Below the pieces are notes generated by a model. The model was not told the DNA's origin and ran no database searches. It saw only the letters and a program-made list of their open reading frames with translations. The position numbers and the translations under genes are program-made. This document shows positions 1-12,489 of a stretch of 64,000 nt of DNA, in pieces. The DNA comes from Octopus vulgaris (lineage: Eukaryota): NCBI GenBank assembly GCA_951406725.2, contig OX597816.1, forward strand, positions 177,878,001-177,942,000, written 5' to 3'. Numbering within the stretch: position 1 is the first letter of the stretch; every line of letters begins with the position of its first letter.

Positions 1-511
1 ACATGTTTATCTCCTAGAATTTTAGATTTTTTATGTGTCATTCCGGAGTTCTTCCGCTAGCTTCCAGATATTTCCTGTGAAATCATTTTTGTTACTTCCG
101 GTTCCGGTAACTTATGGAATAAAACTAATGGCTCCACCAGGGCATCTGATAGTGAATAAGAACGTCATGAGTTCAAATGCAACGATTTGCTTCTCAGCAA
201 TTCTTGCCACAACAATGCCTTCATACCGAAAGTTGTCACCACCACGATGTTGGATCACGTTATAAATCGAAATGATCTGGTCAAACTAAGTCGATGAGCT
301 TATAACTCAATATCATAAGCAGAAAGTCTTCTCATGGCACCGTTACCCAAGGAGGTCCGCTTAAGATCCAGTTCAGTTCCCAATTATTTACATTGCTTAG
401 GAATCGATAAATTTCGCTCAAAATCTTATACATAATCAGCAGTATAAATTTCCAGTAGGCAATTCAGCCAAATGCTATAGGCTAAAACCTGTGTTAGAGA
501 AAGGCAGATGC

Positions 512-849
512 TTTATATAAGATAACATACAAAATAAGAAAGAAATTTTTGATTCAAAGTGTAAAGAAAATTTACACTTTTACATCCAAAAGCTTTATAT
601 ATATAGCAATATTGCAATTTCGCCGCAATGTCTCTACTTAATACAGCGAGCCAATAGGTCTTTTGCGTATGTGACCTCGTGAGTACCGCCAGCGATTTTT
701 TTTCCTCTGTCTTCCCTTCTCGGGATCTTTCCTTCTCCAATGTTTCCGACGAAGAGCTCCGCTCGAGACGTTAAACCCTCCTTCTTCCCTTCTTTCCTGA
801 GCGTCCACGTCCTCGCGTTGCTGTGTTTTTTGTGTTTTCTTGTTTGGAT

Positions 850-853
<4 letters not shown>
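512..853 (+). mobile_element. Short PLE-terminal-repeat-like element carrying a degenerate hammerhead motif
   Basis: Related in sequence to 7714-7903 (opposite strand). Contains the HHR motif at 742-776 and ends in (TA)n. Confidence 0.55.
742..776 (+). ncRNA. Degenerate minimal type I hammerhead ribozyme
   Basis: GTTT-CCGACGA-A-GAGctccgCTC-GAGA-CG-TT-AAAC: stem I GTTT/AAAC, stem II GAG/CTC. Core substitutions U4C and A14G. Confidence 0.5.
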
Positions 854-896
<43 letters not shown>

Positions 897-1665
897 CAAA
901 TTTACAGAAAGCAAAAGACGAAGACAGGTGTATTACTTTGGCGTTCGGGAAGAATGGAAAAGTCTTTGACGTCTCGAGCCTGCGCTAGATTATAAGACAA
1001 ATGTCATTTTCTAAAGCTTCAGGATGACCCATATCTTGTGAGTGAAAATTGGGTATAGCAGCCGATCGAATGGTTTGTGATTCAAAACGTAGAACCTTGG
1101 CACACATTGTGTCACATTGATGTTGGCTGAACATTACGTTAAGGGTACACGTATCTTTGAAATGATCAATAACTTAAACGATAATTCAGGAGCAGCTAAT
1201 TCGTACAACTGAATCTTCGTCGTCCAAAGACGGAGATCCACTACCACCACTACTACAATCAAACGTGTGAGCATGTGCATATGTAAATATAAATACACCA
1301 ACAAACATATATATTCACATACATATATTCATATATATATATATATGTATGCAAAGTATGTAAAAAATTGTTTTCATTCTAAACTGAGTAAACTGTTTCT
1401 TTATTGGCCAATTTCCATTTCCAAAAATATAAATTATTTTTCTTTTTTTTTAATCTTCATTTACTTCTTCCTTATTTCTTAATAATTTACTCCATTTTCG
1501 TGTGTTTGTATGAGTTTATTTGTGTTTGTCTTCGTTGTTTTGTTTTTATTTTCTAAGATGACTTACTGCGAGAGATATACGAAATTCACTACCGACCTCA
1601 ATGTTTGCATATCAACCTACGCTTTTCTTTCGACCACCATGTTATGTATTTGTATGTTTGAAAGA

Positions 1666-1799
1666 GATGATGATGATGATGATGATGATGATGACACGAA
1701 GGAGGAGGAGGAGGAGGAGGATGTCGATGATGACGATAAAGATGATGAAGATGAAGATGATGATGTGAATGTGGTTAATGATGATATATATATATATAC

Positions 1800-1860
<61 letters not shown>

Positions 1861-1904
1861 TATACATATATATGCATATGTATAAATATGCATATACATA
1901 TATA

Positions 1905-1978
<74 letters not shown>

Positions 1979-1980
1979 GA
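1666..1980. repeat. (GAT)n/(GAG)n trinucleotide run followed by (TA)n microsatellite
   Basis: Direct reading. Confidence 0.9.
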
Positions 1981-2039
1981 AACTAATTAAAGTATCCCAC
2001 GAGACAAAATGATATCGTTGCAGATATCATTACATATAA

Positions 2040-3007
2040 CGGGCAAAGTGCACAAAATTAGAAAATAATGATACAGCATGCATTTAAAAAGACGTGCAAA
2101 CGATATATACATACATCAACTAAATGAAAATAAAGAACCTTTCTAGACGTATATAAGGCGCTTCCGGCCCACACGAAAGTTTCAAGATAAATGGAACAAA
2201 TTACTACCTGTAAATATAAACAAAGCGACAGTCTTATTCCATAGGTCGGTCATCAAGGAAGTCTAAAGAATTAGGAGTTGATTTCAAATGCTCTGCTTAT
2301 TTATTTAAAATATATATCCGTTATACTTAGCAGAATATCGACTTTCTAGTACGCAATAAATTTTAACTTTTATACATTAGTCATTCAACTGTTATCAATC
2401 ATAACTCATGGTAATTATTTATCAATGAAGAAACAGTGACAAAACAGTATGGATCATCGTGACAAATATGAAAAAAAAGTGCGCAATGGGATAATAACTT
2501 TTGCACTCAATAACAAAGCCATTTCCCGCGTGATGGTCATGACAGTCAGAGACAAAAAACTTGAACATTTACAAGAATTGTATTTACTCATTTTCCAGAA
2601 ATAAATTTTACTACCCAGGCGGTGTCTTCCAAATAGTGTAGATTTGGAAGAAACGATTCTAATATCAATATCAAGTCAAAAATGAACCATTTCAACATAC
2701 CTTCATAGGTATGTAGTGATTATTTTTCTGGGTGCTCTAAAAAATTTTTAAAAACCTGTTTTGATTTAACTTTCATGAGATTGGTCCAACAGCATCCTAC
2801 TAGAGACATTAAAATATCATCAGGAATACATCGTTGTAAGTAACGCACAATATTGAGGAACTGAGTAACACCAAACGCTTAATTACTAAAAATATGCAAG
2901 AGCATAATGAGATATGGATAGCGAGATCTTCAAAAGTATGTAAGGAGATTCCAACACATACATATTAGATGTATTTGGCTGATACCTTTTGCGTCGCTGC
3001 TAAAATT

Positions 3008-3069
<62 letters not shown>

Positions 3070-3141
3070 TGTGTGTATACATATATATATATATATATGT
3101 ATGTATGTAGCTCTCTCTTTCTCTATGTGTGTATGTATAAT

Positions 3142-3212
<71 letters not shown>

Positions 3213-3213
3213 T

Positions 3214-3253
<40 letters not shown>

Positions 3254-3263
3254 ACACATAAAT

Positions 3264-3299
<36 letters not shown>

Positions 3300-3490
3300 T
3301 GATAGACACTTGTATTCTGCATATATATGTTATATAAGGTGCTAACATTTCTGGGAAAGAACTCAACATTTGCAGTAGAGTGGAAAGGTATTGCATCATA
3401 TCAAAAAGTGACACTTTACTCGAGTTCAGCTCCAAGGATAAATGCGCTGAAACACTTGGTGAAACTTGAATATGCTGTCACGTTTTGATA
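2040..3490 (+). pseudogene. Possible heavily decayed PLE RT/GIY-YIG remnant interrupted by microsatellites
   Basis: Scattered translated motifs (CAMG at ~2480; TC...IYVI at ~3305) resemble PLE RT and GIY-YIG, with many stops. Confidence 0.3.
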
Positions 3491-3699
3491 TAATATACAC
3501 ACATACATATAATCATGCATAGATAAATACATATACACACATACAGACGTATGCATAGAGATAAATAATACACATATATGTATACAAATATGTGTATACA
3601 TATATATGTGTGTATGTATGAATTAATATATATATGTATGTATGTATATATACATATAGGTATGTGTATGTATGCACGTGTATATAAATACATATATAG

Positions 3700-4019
<320 letters not shown>

Positions 4020-4207
4020 CGTGTATAAGAATTAATGGTATGGTTTCATGGTTGATTGATAACCGGTGGCGGTTCGGCAAAGGCGACAGATAGAGTAAGA
4101 ACCATTTTTTTTTAAATAAATACTGGAGTCGATTTGATCGACTAAACTTTACAGGTTTGTGGTGGGAGGATGTCATAGTATGGCTGTTGTTTTATGACTG
4201 AAACAAA

Positions 4208-4719
4208 TCTATGTATATAAAACTGTAGTTGTGTGAGTGTCTGTCCCCTTCGATTTAGATTCCTAACTACTCCCACATTTTGCGGTGCAGTTTAACCAAA
4301 TTCGGGCATCTTATAGTCGTGATTCATATCGAGCCCGTCTGGCTATTAGCGCGCGTCAACGATGAGTCTACGATTTTAAAAATAATTTAACATCATTTTT
4401 TATTCCATTTTAATGCATAATTTTTCGTGTGTCGATGGCGGCGGAGTTGGCGTCCATGGTCACAGCTGCACCTGTTTGCTTCTCCCCTTCTTCCCTCCCT
4501 CGTGAAGCTGTGGAGAAGGGAGTGTAAGGAAATCAACGTCGTAAAGCGTTGTCAAGGAGACCAGCGTTCTTTTAGAACAACGACTTCATGGCTTGAAGAC
4601 GCCAAAACAGAAATGGCTAAGAAAGCCCAAATTGGCATCTATAAGGGAAGTAACTCTCTAAAAATGCTTATATAGTTATTTCCCTTACAAACCCGAGCAA
4701 CGCCGGGCGATACTGCTAG
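4208..4719 (+). mobile_element. Non-autonomous Helitron, family H1, long form
   Basis: A|TC 5' end, 3' hairpin CCCGagcaacgcCGGG then CTAG|T, no TSD. Near-identical copy at 49054-49563. Confidence 0.85.
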
Positions 4720-5531
4720 TAAGAGATAAAAGGTAAAAGACAGTAGTTTGTTCCAGTGGTCTGTTTTCCCAATCCTCGTAAAACTGAGCGGTTGTAGCCT
4801 AGTAGTTAAGGTATTGTACTCGCGATCGTGTGATCGTAGTTTCGATTCCCAGGGTGCGCTGGTGCGCTGCGTTTTTCGAATAAAACCGCTTCAAGTTACG
4901 TTGCTCTGTAATCACATCGACATCTGACGTGTGGCTCAGCGAGGTCCTCCTATTCAGGCAATTTCGAAATGATGGCGGTCGTAAGCTCATGTACAGCACC
5001 AAGTTTTCTCCGATCACTATAAACTAATTTTGATGAACAAGACAATCGGGAATCGTCTTTTTCGGACTCGAGAGACTATCAAACACAGCGCCCTCTTGAT
5101 GAGAAGCAATGCTTTAGGACTATGATAGGAAGAATCGATAAAGAACCGGATAAAGCATTTTGATACATCCCTTTGTATTGCAAGTAACAATTTCGTAGGA
5201 TTGCACTTTGTCCTTCACCCTTCAGAGGCCGTTGAAATATCAATTCTCAGTCGAGTATTGGGGTTTATTTAATCGAATATTTCATTCCTGTCTATGGTAT
5301 TGTGAAAGCGACAAGCTGGCAGAATCGTCAGCACGCCGGTAAAATTCATCAGTCTTTATGTTCTGAGTTCAAATTCCACCGTTGTCGACTCGATTTCGGG
5401 GTCGATTCGATAAAATAAGCACCAATTGAGCTTTGGATCGATCTAATCGACTTACCTCTCCTCCGGTGTTGCTGGCCTTGTGTCAAAATTTGAAACTAAT
5501 GTCTACTAATATTTGCCTGCTGCCAAACATA

Positions 5532-5690
5532 ATTATCGCCGCCTGTTTGTTTTCGGTCATGTTTGTTTGTTTGTTTGTCTGTGGACAAGATATCTCAAGA
5601 ACCTCTGGATGGATTCAGATGAAACTTTCAGGGATGTTTGGCCTCGTCACTGGCACGAACTGATTAGATTTTGGGATCTGTTTTTTTCAT
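5532..5690 (+). mobile_element. Helentron-associated (HINE/DINE-1-like) fragment
   Basis: (TGTT)n run followed by gatatctcaagaac...ggattcagatgaaacttt, similar to the DINE-1/HINE core. Confidence 0.45.
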
Positions 5691-5814
5691 CCTGGAGTCA
5701 ATCGTGTCAACTAACATCTCGCCTTAAAACTACTGGCTTTGTGTCTCAGTAGAACAATATAATTCAGATCTGTTCTTTGAAATAAATCAAATTCATTGCT
5801 TTATCTTCTTATGT

Positions 5815-6213
5815 ATTTCTCTTTTATTTGTATCAGTTATTGGGCTGCGGCCATATTGGAGCACTACCTGAAAGAGTTCTGTCGAACAACCCGAGCCCAC
5901 ACATATTTTTTATTAAGCCTGGCACATATTCTATCGATTCTCTTTTGCTGAACTGCTAGGCTATGGGACCGTAAAAAACCCAACATCGGTTGTCAAATGG
6001 TGGTGGAGGATACACACACACACACACACATACACACACACGCACACATATTCTTTCGGGTTTGTTTCAGTTTCCGCCTACCAAATCCATTCACATTTAC
6101 ATGGATTTGGTGAGCCCCGAGGCCATACTAAAAGAAATTCGCTCAAGGTATCACACAATGAAGACTGAACCCGAAATAAGGACCAAACTTCTTACCATAC
6201 AGACACAGCTGCC
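5815..6213 (-). mobile_element. Diverged SINE family A copy
   Basis: Similar to the reverse-strand copy at 16670-17086. Confidence 0.65.
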
Positions 6214-6373
6214 TCTCTGTTCCAAAGTTTGTATTAAGCATAGAACTTCCTTAAACGACCATCCTTGGACGGTTTTGAATGACCATAGAAAGTGCGAGCC
6301 CTCTAACTGAAAAATTGGGGATTTGTATAAAGGACACGGGGACACACACACACACACACACACACATTTTGCC

Positions 6374-6415
<42 letters not shown>

Positions 6416-6453
6416 ATGTATGTATGTATGTATGTATGTATATACACATATAC

Positions 6454-6512
<59 letters not shown>

Positions 6513-6535
6513 ATGTGTGTCTACATATATCTATA

Positions 6536-7413
6536 CTAGCACTATGACCCGGAAGTGTAGAAAAATTCGTGGGCTCTGGCCTTGAATTGTCTATGAATTG
6601 TAGCTATGTTCATCTGCTTGATGGCTACCATTGGTAGAACCAAATATGGTTCGAACAAAATTCAGGGTAAGGCTAAAAGATTGCAAACAGCATCACCTCT
6701 CCTCGTTAGATTAATTTTTGTGCTACTGATCGATTGACAATTTTAGTCAATTCGAACCAGCTTAGGAATTCTTCACCGAAAAGATCAACCTGATAATCCT
6801 AAGTATCAGCTATGTAGGTATCAAACGATTCGATCTGTAGCTAAATGAAGCCGCTAGATTTATGCAAGCAAAGAAACGTTTCGAAAAATTCCTTAAGGGT
6901 TCAACTCGCTGGATAATTGTAGTCAATTGAAAGCGCTTCTTAAGTAGAGTCATTAAATAGGCTCCAACTCCCTTATGGCATACTTCAAGAATGATGGCAT
7001 AGTAAGCATATTTGGCCTTTCATGAAAATCCCGCTTTTTCTTGGCATTCACTTAACCGTATTCGTTAATTAATTATTTCTCACGTGTTCATAAACTGGCC
7101 TCTTAGTTTGCGCATTGAGCCATGCAGGCATATACAGCTGCGTGCGTGCGTGCGTGCGCACATACACGCGAGTACTGTCCAAATCTCCGACCAATCACAT
7201 ACAGATAGCTGGCATTCAATTGGCGTATCAAGTATCGGGCATTTTGATTGTATTTTGGATAGAAAATTCACTAAAAAGTCACTTCTATTGATTTTTAATG
7301 GCTTTGCCGGATGACTGGGGAAATGTAAAGATGTGCACGACCATCCTTGGACGGTTTTAAATGACCATAGAAAGTGCGAGTCTTCTAACTGAAAAATTGT
7401 GGATTTGTATAAA

Positions 7414-7448
<35 letters not shown>

Positions 7449-7456
7449 AGCACATA

Positions 7457-7460
<4 letters not shown>
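6536..7460 (-). mobile_element. Helitron-like element, family H2; a partial 5' copy lies at 6257-6385
   Basis: The minus strand ends ccgggtcatagtgCTAG|T. An ~80-bp segment (acgaccatccttggacgg...gtataaaggacac) is repeated at 6257 and 7337. Confidence 0.5.
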
Positions 7461-7508
<48 letters not shown>

Positions 7509-7551
7509 GTGTATACATATGGGGGGGTGTATGTGTATTTTATATATATAC

Positions 7552-7600
<49 letters not shown>

Positions 7601-7624
7601 TATGTGTGTGTGTGTGTGTGTATG

Positions 7625-7713
<89 letters not shown>

Positions 7714-7718
<5 letters not shown>

Positions 7719-7903
7719 ATCCAAACAAGAACAAAGGGAAAAAACAACAACGCGAGGACGTGGAACAAGTATAGTGTTACTGGATGCTAAGGAAAGGAAA
7801 GACAGAAGGAGGGTTTAACGTTTCGGAGCTCTTCGTCAGAAACATAGAAAAAGGAAAGGTCCAAGGAAGGGAAGACGGAGAAAGAAAATCGCCAACGATA
7901 AAA
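7714..7903 (-). mobile_element. Short PLE-terminal-repeat-like element with HHR, same family as 512-853
   Basis: Reverse complement matches 700-853. Abuts (TA)n. Confidence 0.6.
7813..7843 (-). ncRNA. Minimal type I hammerhead motif with collapsed stem II
   Basis: Minus strand GTTT-CTGACGA-AGAGCTCC-GAAA-CG-TT-AAAC. Confidence 0.55.
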
Positions 7904-7948
7904 ACGTGGGCATATATTGAAATATACACACACACACTCACACATACA

Positions 7949-7984
<36 letters not shown>

Positions 7985-7991
7985 TATATAT

Positions 7992-8238
7992 GCCGGTGGC
8001 ACGTAAAATGCACCAATCCGACCGTGGCCGATGCCAGCCTTGCCTGGCACCTGTGCAGGTGGCACGTAAAAAGCACCCACTACACTCTCGGAGTGGTTGG
8101 CGTTAGGAAGGGCATCCAGCTGTAGAAACATTGCCAGATAAGACTGGAGTCTGCAGCCTTCTGGCTTCCCAGATCCCCGGTCGAACCGTCCAACCCATGC
8201 TAGCATGGAGAACGGACGTTAAACGATGATGATGATGA
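7992..8238 (+). mobile_element. 3' part of a SINE/LINE with (GAT)n tail
   Basis: ggttggcgttaggaagggcatccagctgtagaaac box, ending ggacgttaaac(gat)n. Confidence 0.65.
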
Positions 8239-8317
8239 TATATGTATACATATATTTTGTTTTATGGAATTTTTTTTCTGTAAAACAAAAAAACTTCCTC
8301 CTATATTAGTAGTAGTA

Positions 8318-8416
<99 letters not shown>

Positions 8417-8428
8417 CATACGTACGTA

Positions 8429-8459
<31 letters not shown>

Positions 8460-8492
8460 TCTATACAATATGTTACATTACTCGGTAGTCAA

Positions 8493-8553
8493 GATAAAAC
8501 TCTGAGTTTCAGATGCCGAAGTGGAAATCCACAACACCATCTCTTCGGTTATC
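8493..8553 (-). ncRNA. Hammerhead ribozyme motif, left arm
   Basis: Inverted copy of 9359-9419. Confidence 0.6.
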
Positions 8554-9358
8554 TGGCTATTTGAAAACGTTATGAAAAAATACCGTTAAAAATGAAGGGA
8601 AATTACTCTGTTATAACTCTGCTTTGCCTGCGTACTTATACATCGCTCGCATTTTTCGTCATAAAAATTATATAAAAATACATAAAAATATATAAAAATA
8701 TATAAAATCTTCTTGGGACATAACACAGAAAGCATGTTCTATCCGTTTTCTTTAGGGACCAAAAACGTAATAAGAAATTTAGTCACATGTGGGCATGATC
8801 CGAAAAGCTCTGTCCTTGTATTTAGACATGTGGTAGGGTCTAAGCTGCTTTTCCAGATAAGCCATCTCTCCATGTCGCATAAACCGCACCTTCCGCTGCC
8901 GTTAGTATAGGGCTTACATCTGGCCAAAATCTTCCATTGTATGTTATAATCGACACCTTTATCTCTTAAAGATTTTGGCCAGATGTAAGCCCTATACTAA
9001 CGGCAGCGGAAGGTGCGGTTTATGCGACATGGAGAGATGGCTTATCTGGAAAAGCAGCTTAGACCCTACCACATGTCTAAATACAAGGACAGAGCTTTTC
9101 GGATCATGCCCACATGTGACTAAATTTCTGTTACGTTTTTGGTCCCCTAAAGAAAACGGATAGAACATGCTTTCTGTGTTATGTCCCAAGAAGATTTTAT
9201 ATATTTTTATATATTTTTATATATTTTTATGTATTTTTATATAATTTTTATGACGAAAAATGCGAGCGATGTATAAGTACGCAGGCAAAGCAGAGTTATA
9301 ACAGAGTAATTTCCCTTCATTTTTAACGGTATTTTTTCATAACGTTTTCAAATAGCCA

Positions 9359-9419
9359 GATAACCGAAGAGATGGTGTTGTGGATTTCCACTTCGGCATC
9401 TGAAACTCAGAGTTTTATC
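9359..9419 (+). ncRNA. Hammerhead ribozyme motif, right arm
   Basis: GATAA-CCGAAGA-GATG..GTGG/CCAC..CATC-T-GAAA-CTCAGAG-TT-TTATC. Stems I, II and III all pair. Confidence 0.65.
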
Positions 9420-9518
9420 TTGACTACCGAGTAATGTAACATATTGTATAGATAAATTTCCTCTATTTACATAATATTGAGGTCTCTTTCTTTCTTTTGT
9501 TATCTTACCGTTTTATCA

Positions 9519-9566
<48 letters not shown>

Positions 9567-9583
9567 CATACTACGTAAATATA

Positions 9584-9635
<52 letters not shown>

Positions 9636-9650
9636 CTACGTAAATACATA

Positions 9651-9693
<43 letters not shown>

Positions 9694-9708
9694 GTACGTA
9701 AATACATA

Positions 9709-9760
<52 letters not shown>

Positions 9761-10084
9761 CGTACGTAAATACATATCTATATATATATATATATATATA
9801 TACGTACGTAAATACATATCTATATATATATTACAGTTTCAGACAGTAAACGTTTTAAAGACTGTATTATAGACTAATATATTTATAATTGATGTCATTA
9901 TCTCGCCGTTGGTAGATTTTTTTATGGTGTTTGCCATTAATGCTAAATCTGGTGAAGTTAAGTAATAATACTGCATTACACTGAGAAGAGTTTTGGTGAG
10001 TATTTATTCCAAACGCCGTCATTGACATCATTATTATTTCCTTCATTTTTACATCATACTTCGTTCAGATGATGTCGCCGTAGT

Positions 10085-10119
10085 CATCATCGTTGACATC
10101 ATCATCATCATCATCGTCG

Positions 10120-10155
<36 letters not shown>

Positions 10156-10235
10156 CCATCATCATCAGGTTCATCGTCATTCCATCATAATCATCGTCCC
10201 ATCGTAATAATCATAATCATCATCATCCTCATCTT

Positions 10236-10286
<51 letters not shown>

Positions 10287-10505
10287 CAACAGCAGCAGTA
10301 ACAAAAACTGCAGCAGCAGCAGAATCGCCACCACCCTCTTTCTTATCGTTATTATCATCAGCATCACCCTGAACCGTGCCATCATTATCAAAATCATTAC
10401 CGTTATCTCCGACATCCCCCACCACCACCACACACCGTCAACCCCGCCGCCGCTACTATCACTGCCATCACCACCTCCACCACCACCAATAACAACAACA
10501 ACGAC
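10085..10505. repeat. Mixed (CAT)n/(CAG)n/(CAC)n trinucleotide repeat region
   Basis: Direct reading. Confidence 0.85.
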
Positions 10506-10670
10506 ATGAATATTAGCGAAAAATAGGAACAAGAAATTATAAACTAATCCAAGATTTGTGCTAATATATATATGTGCTTATATTGCCAAAATTTTGTAAA
10601 CACATATGAAGACGTATGTATAAAGTATAGATGCATTTATATGTGTGTGTGTGCGCGCGTGTATGTGTGC

Positions 10671-11013
<343 letters not shown>

Positions 11014-11021
11014 CATATATA

Positions 11022-11088
<67 letters not shown>

Positions 11089-11101
11089 CATATATACATA
11101 C

Positions 11102-11136
<35 letters not shown>

Positions 11137-11667
11137 TACATATATATATGTATGTATATATATATATTCTGGCACACAGCTTATAGATGTAAATATATAA
11201 CTGACCGTGGATGTTAGTGTCATATTGCATTTATGTTTTGGGTCTGCATTTTTTTATATTTTATTTTGTTTTGCTTTTTATGTCTTCATATGCACGTATG
11301 TATGTGTTAATATGATCTTGTCATTTTTTCTCTGTATGTGAATATTACTAGGTGTGTATATGCGTAGTTGTGCGTGTATATGTGCGTATATGTGTGTGTG
11401 TGTGTGTGTGTTTGCAAGAGAGAGAGAGAGAGAGAGAAGCAAGCTAGTGCAATGCCGCCTGTTAAGACTTGCTCACTAGCAGACTAAACAAGCCAGATAG
11501 CAGACAGAAAGATGGAGGCTGCCGATGGCATTAAATTTAAACTGTGTTGATACGTCTGGATATATGAGAGATACTTATCTGTCGACCGATATGGACTCGA
11601 AGTAAACATAGGAACAGCATCCGTTGCTGTATGTTATAGACCACGCCAAACCGCGCCCACTTCGCTA

Positions 11668-11681
11668 GTCTCCATGGAAAC
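11668..11681. promoter_or_regulatory. Candidate RFX X-box
   Basis: GTCTCCATGGAAAC fits the GTHNYYATRRNAAC consensus, in non-repetitive DNA next to GC-box-like ccgcgccca. Confidence 0.3.
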
Positions 11682-12192
11682 ATTCCTCAAGGGCCACTGC
11701 TGAGCTCTACCACGTTTTCCCAATAGTTTTTTCTAACCAAATTCATATATTATAGAACTTAACACACATTATAACCTCATACACTTCATCTGCATACGAG
11801 CTATACAACTAATTCCAATGACAAAGTTGATTATGTAAAGCGGAAAGAGAAACAAAATAATATACTTGAACTTATTTAGTTACAAAAAATATTCTGCCTT
11901 TATTTATATACATTAAAGGTCTCTTTCAGGTTCATTGACTCGTTTCAGGCAATGAACTGCGGCCATGCTGGGGCATCGCATTGGAATGGTTTTAGTCGAA
12001 CGAATCGACCTCAGTACTTTAGTACTTTATATTTTCTGCTTTGCTTTTTTAAGCCCAGTATTTATTATGTTGATCCCTTATACCGAACTTCTAATGTTTC
12101 GGGGACGTAAACAAACCAGCGCCGGTTGCCAAGCAGTGGTGGGTGACAAACACAAACACAATGGCACACACATAAATAACACCCCCACACAC

Positions 12193-12486
<294 letters not shown>

Positions 12487-12489
12487 ACC

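Larger units (their letters stand above)
8459..9520. mobile_element. Fold-back Naiad-type PLE 3' end (inverted pLTR pair) in (TA)n
   Basis: Arms 8459-8933 and 8969-9453 are near-perfect inverted copies. They encode a GIY-YIG C-terminus (KILARCKPYTNGSGRCGLCDMERWLI...LNTRTELFGSCPH) plus 3' UTR. Confidence 0.85.

Noticed and set aside
1-500. Possible Helitron helicase remnant (QFPII..SINFAQ)
   Set aside because: Single weak motif; insufficient support.
6257-7418. ~80-bp direct repeat suggesting LTRs
   Set aside because: No TG...CA ends, PBS or TSD; better explained as two Helitron-like 5' segments.
9245-9300. Possible SECIS in the Naiad 3' UTR, since some Naiads encode selenoproteins
   Set aside because: ATGA-to-AA spacing and helix do not fit, and there is no in-frame TGA at Cys positions in the visible GIY-YIG pieces.
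10093-10532. Poly-S/poly-D/poly-P ORFs
   Set aside because: Trinucleotide repeats open in several frames, with no domain or splice support.
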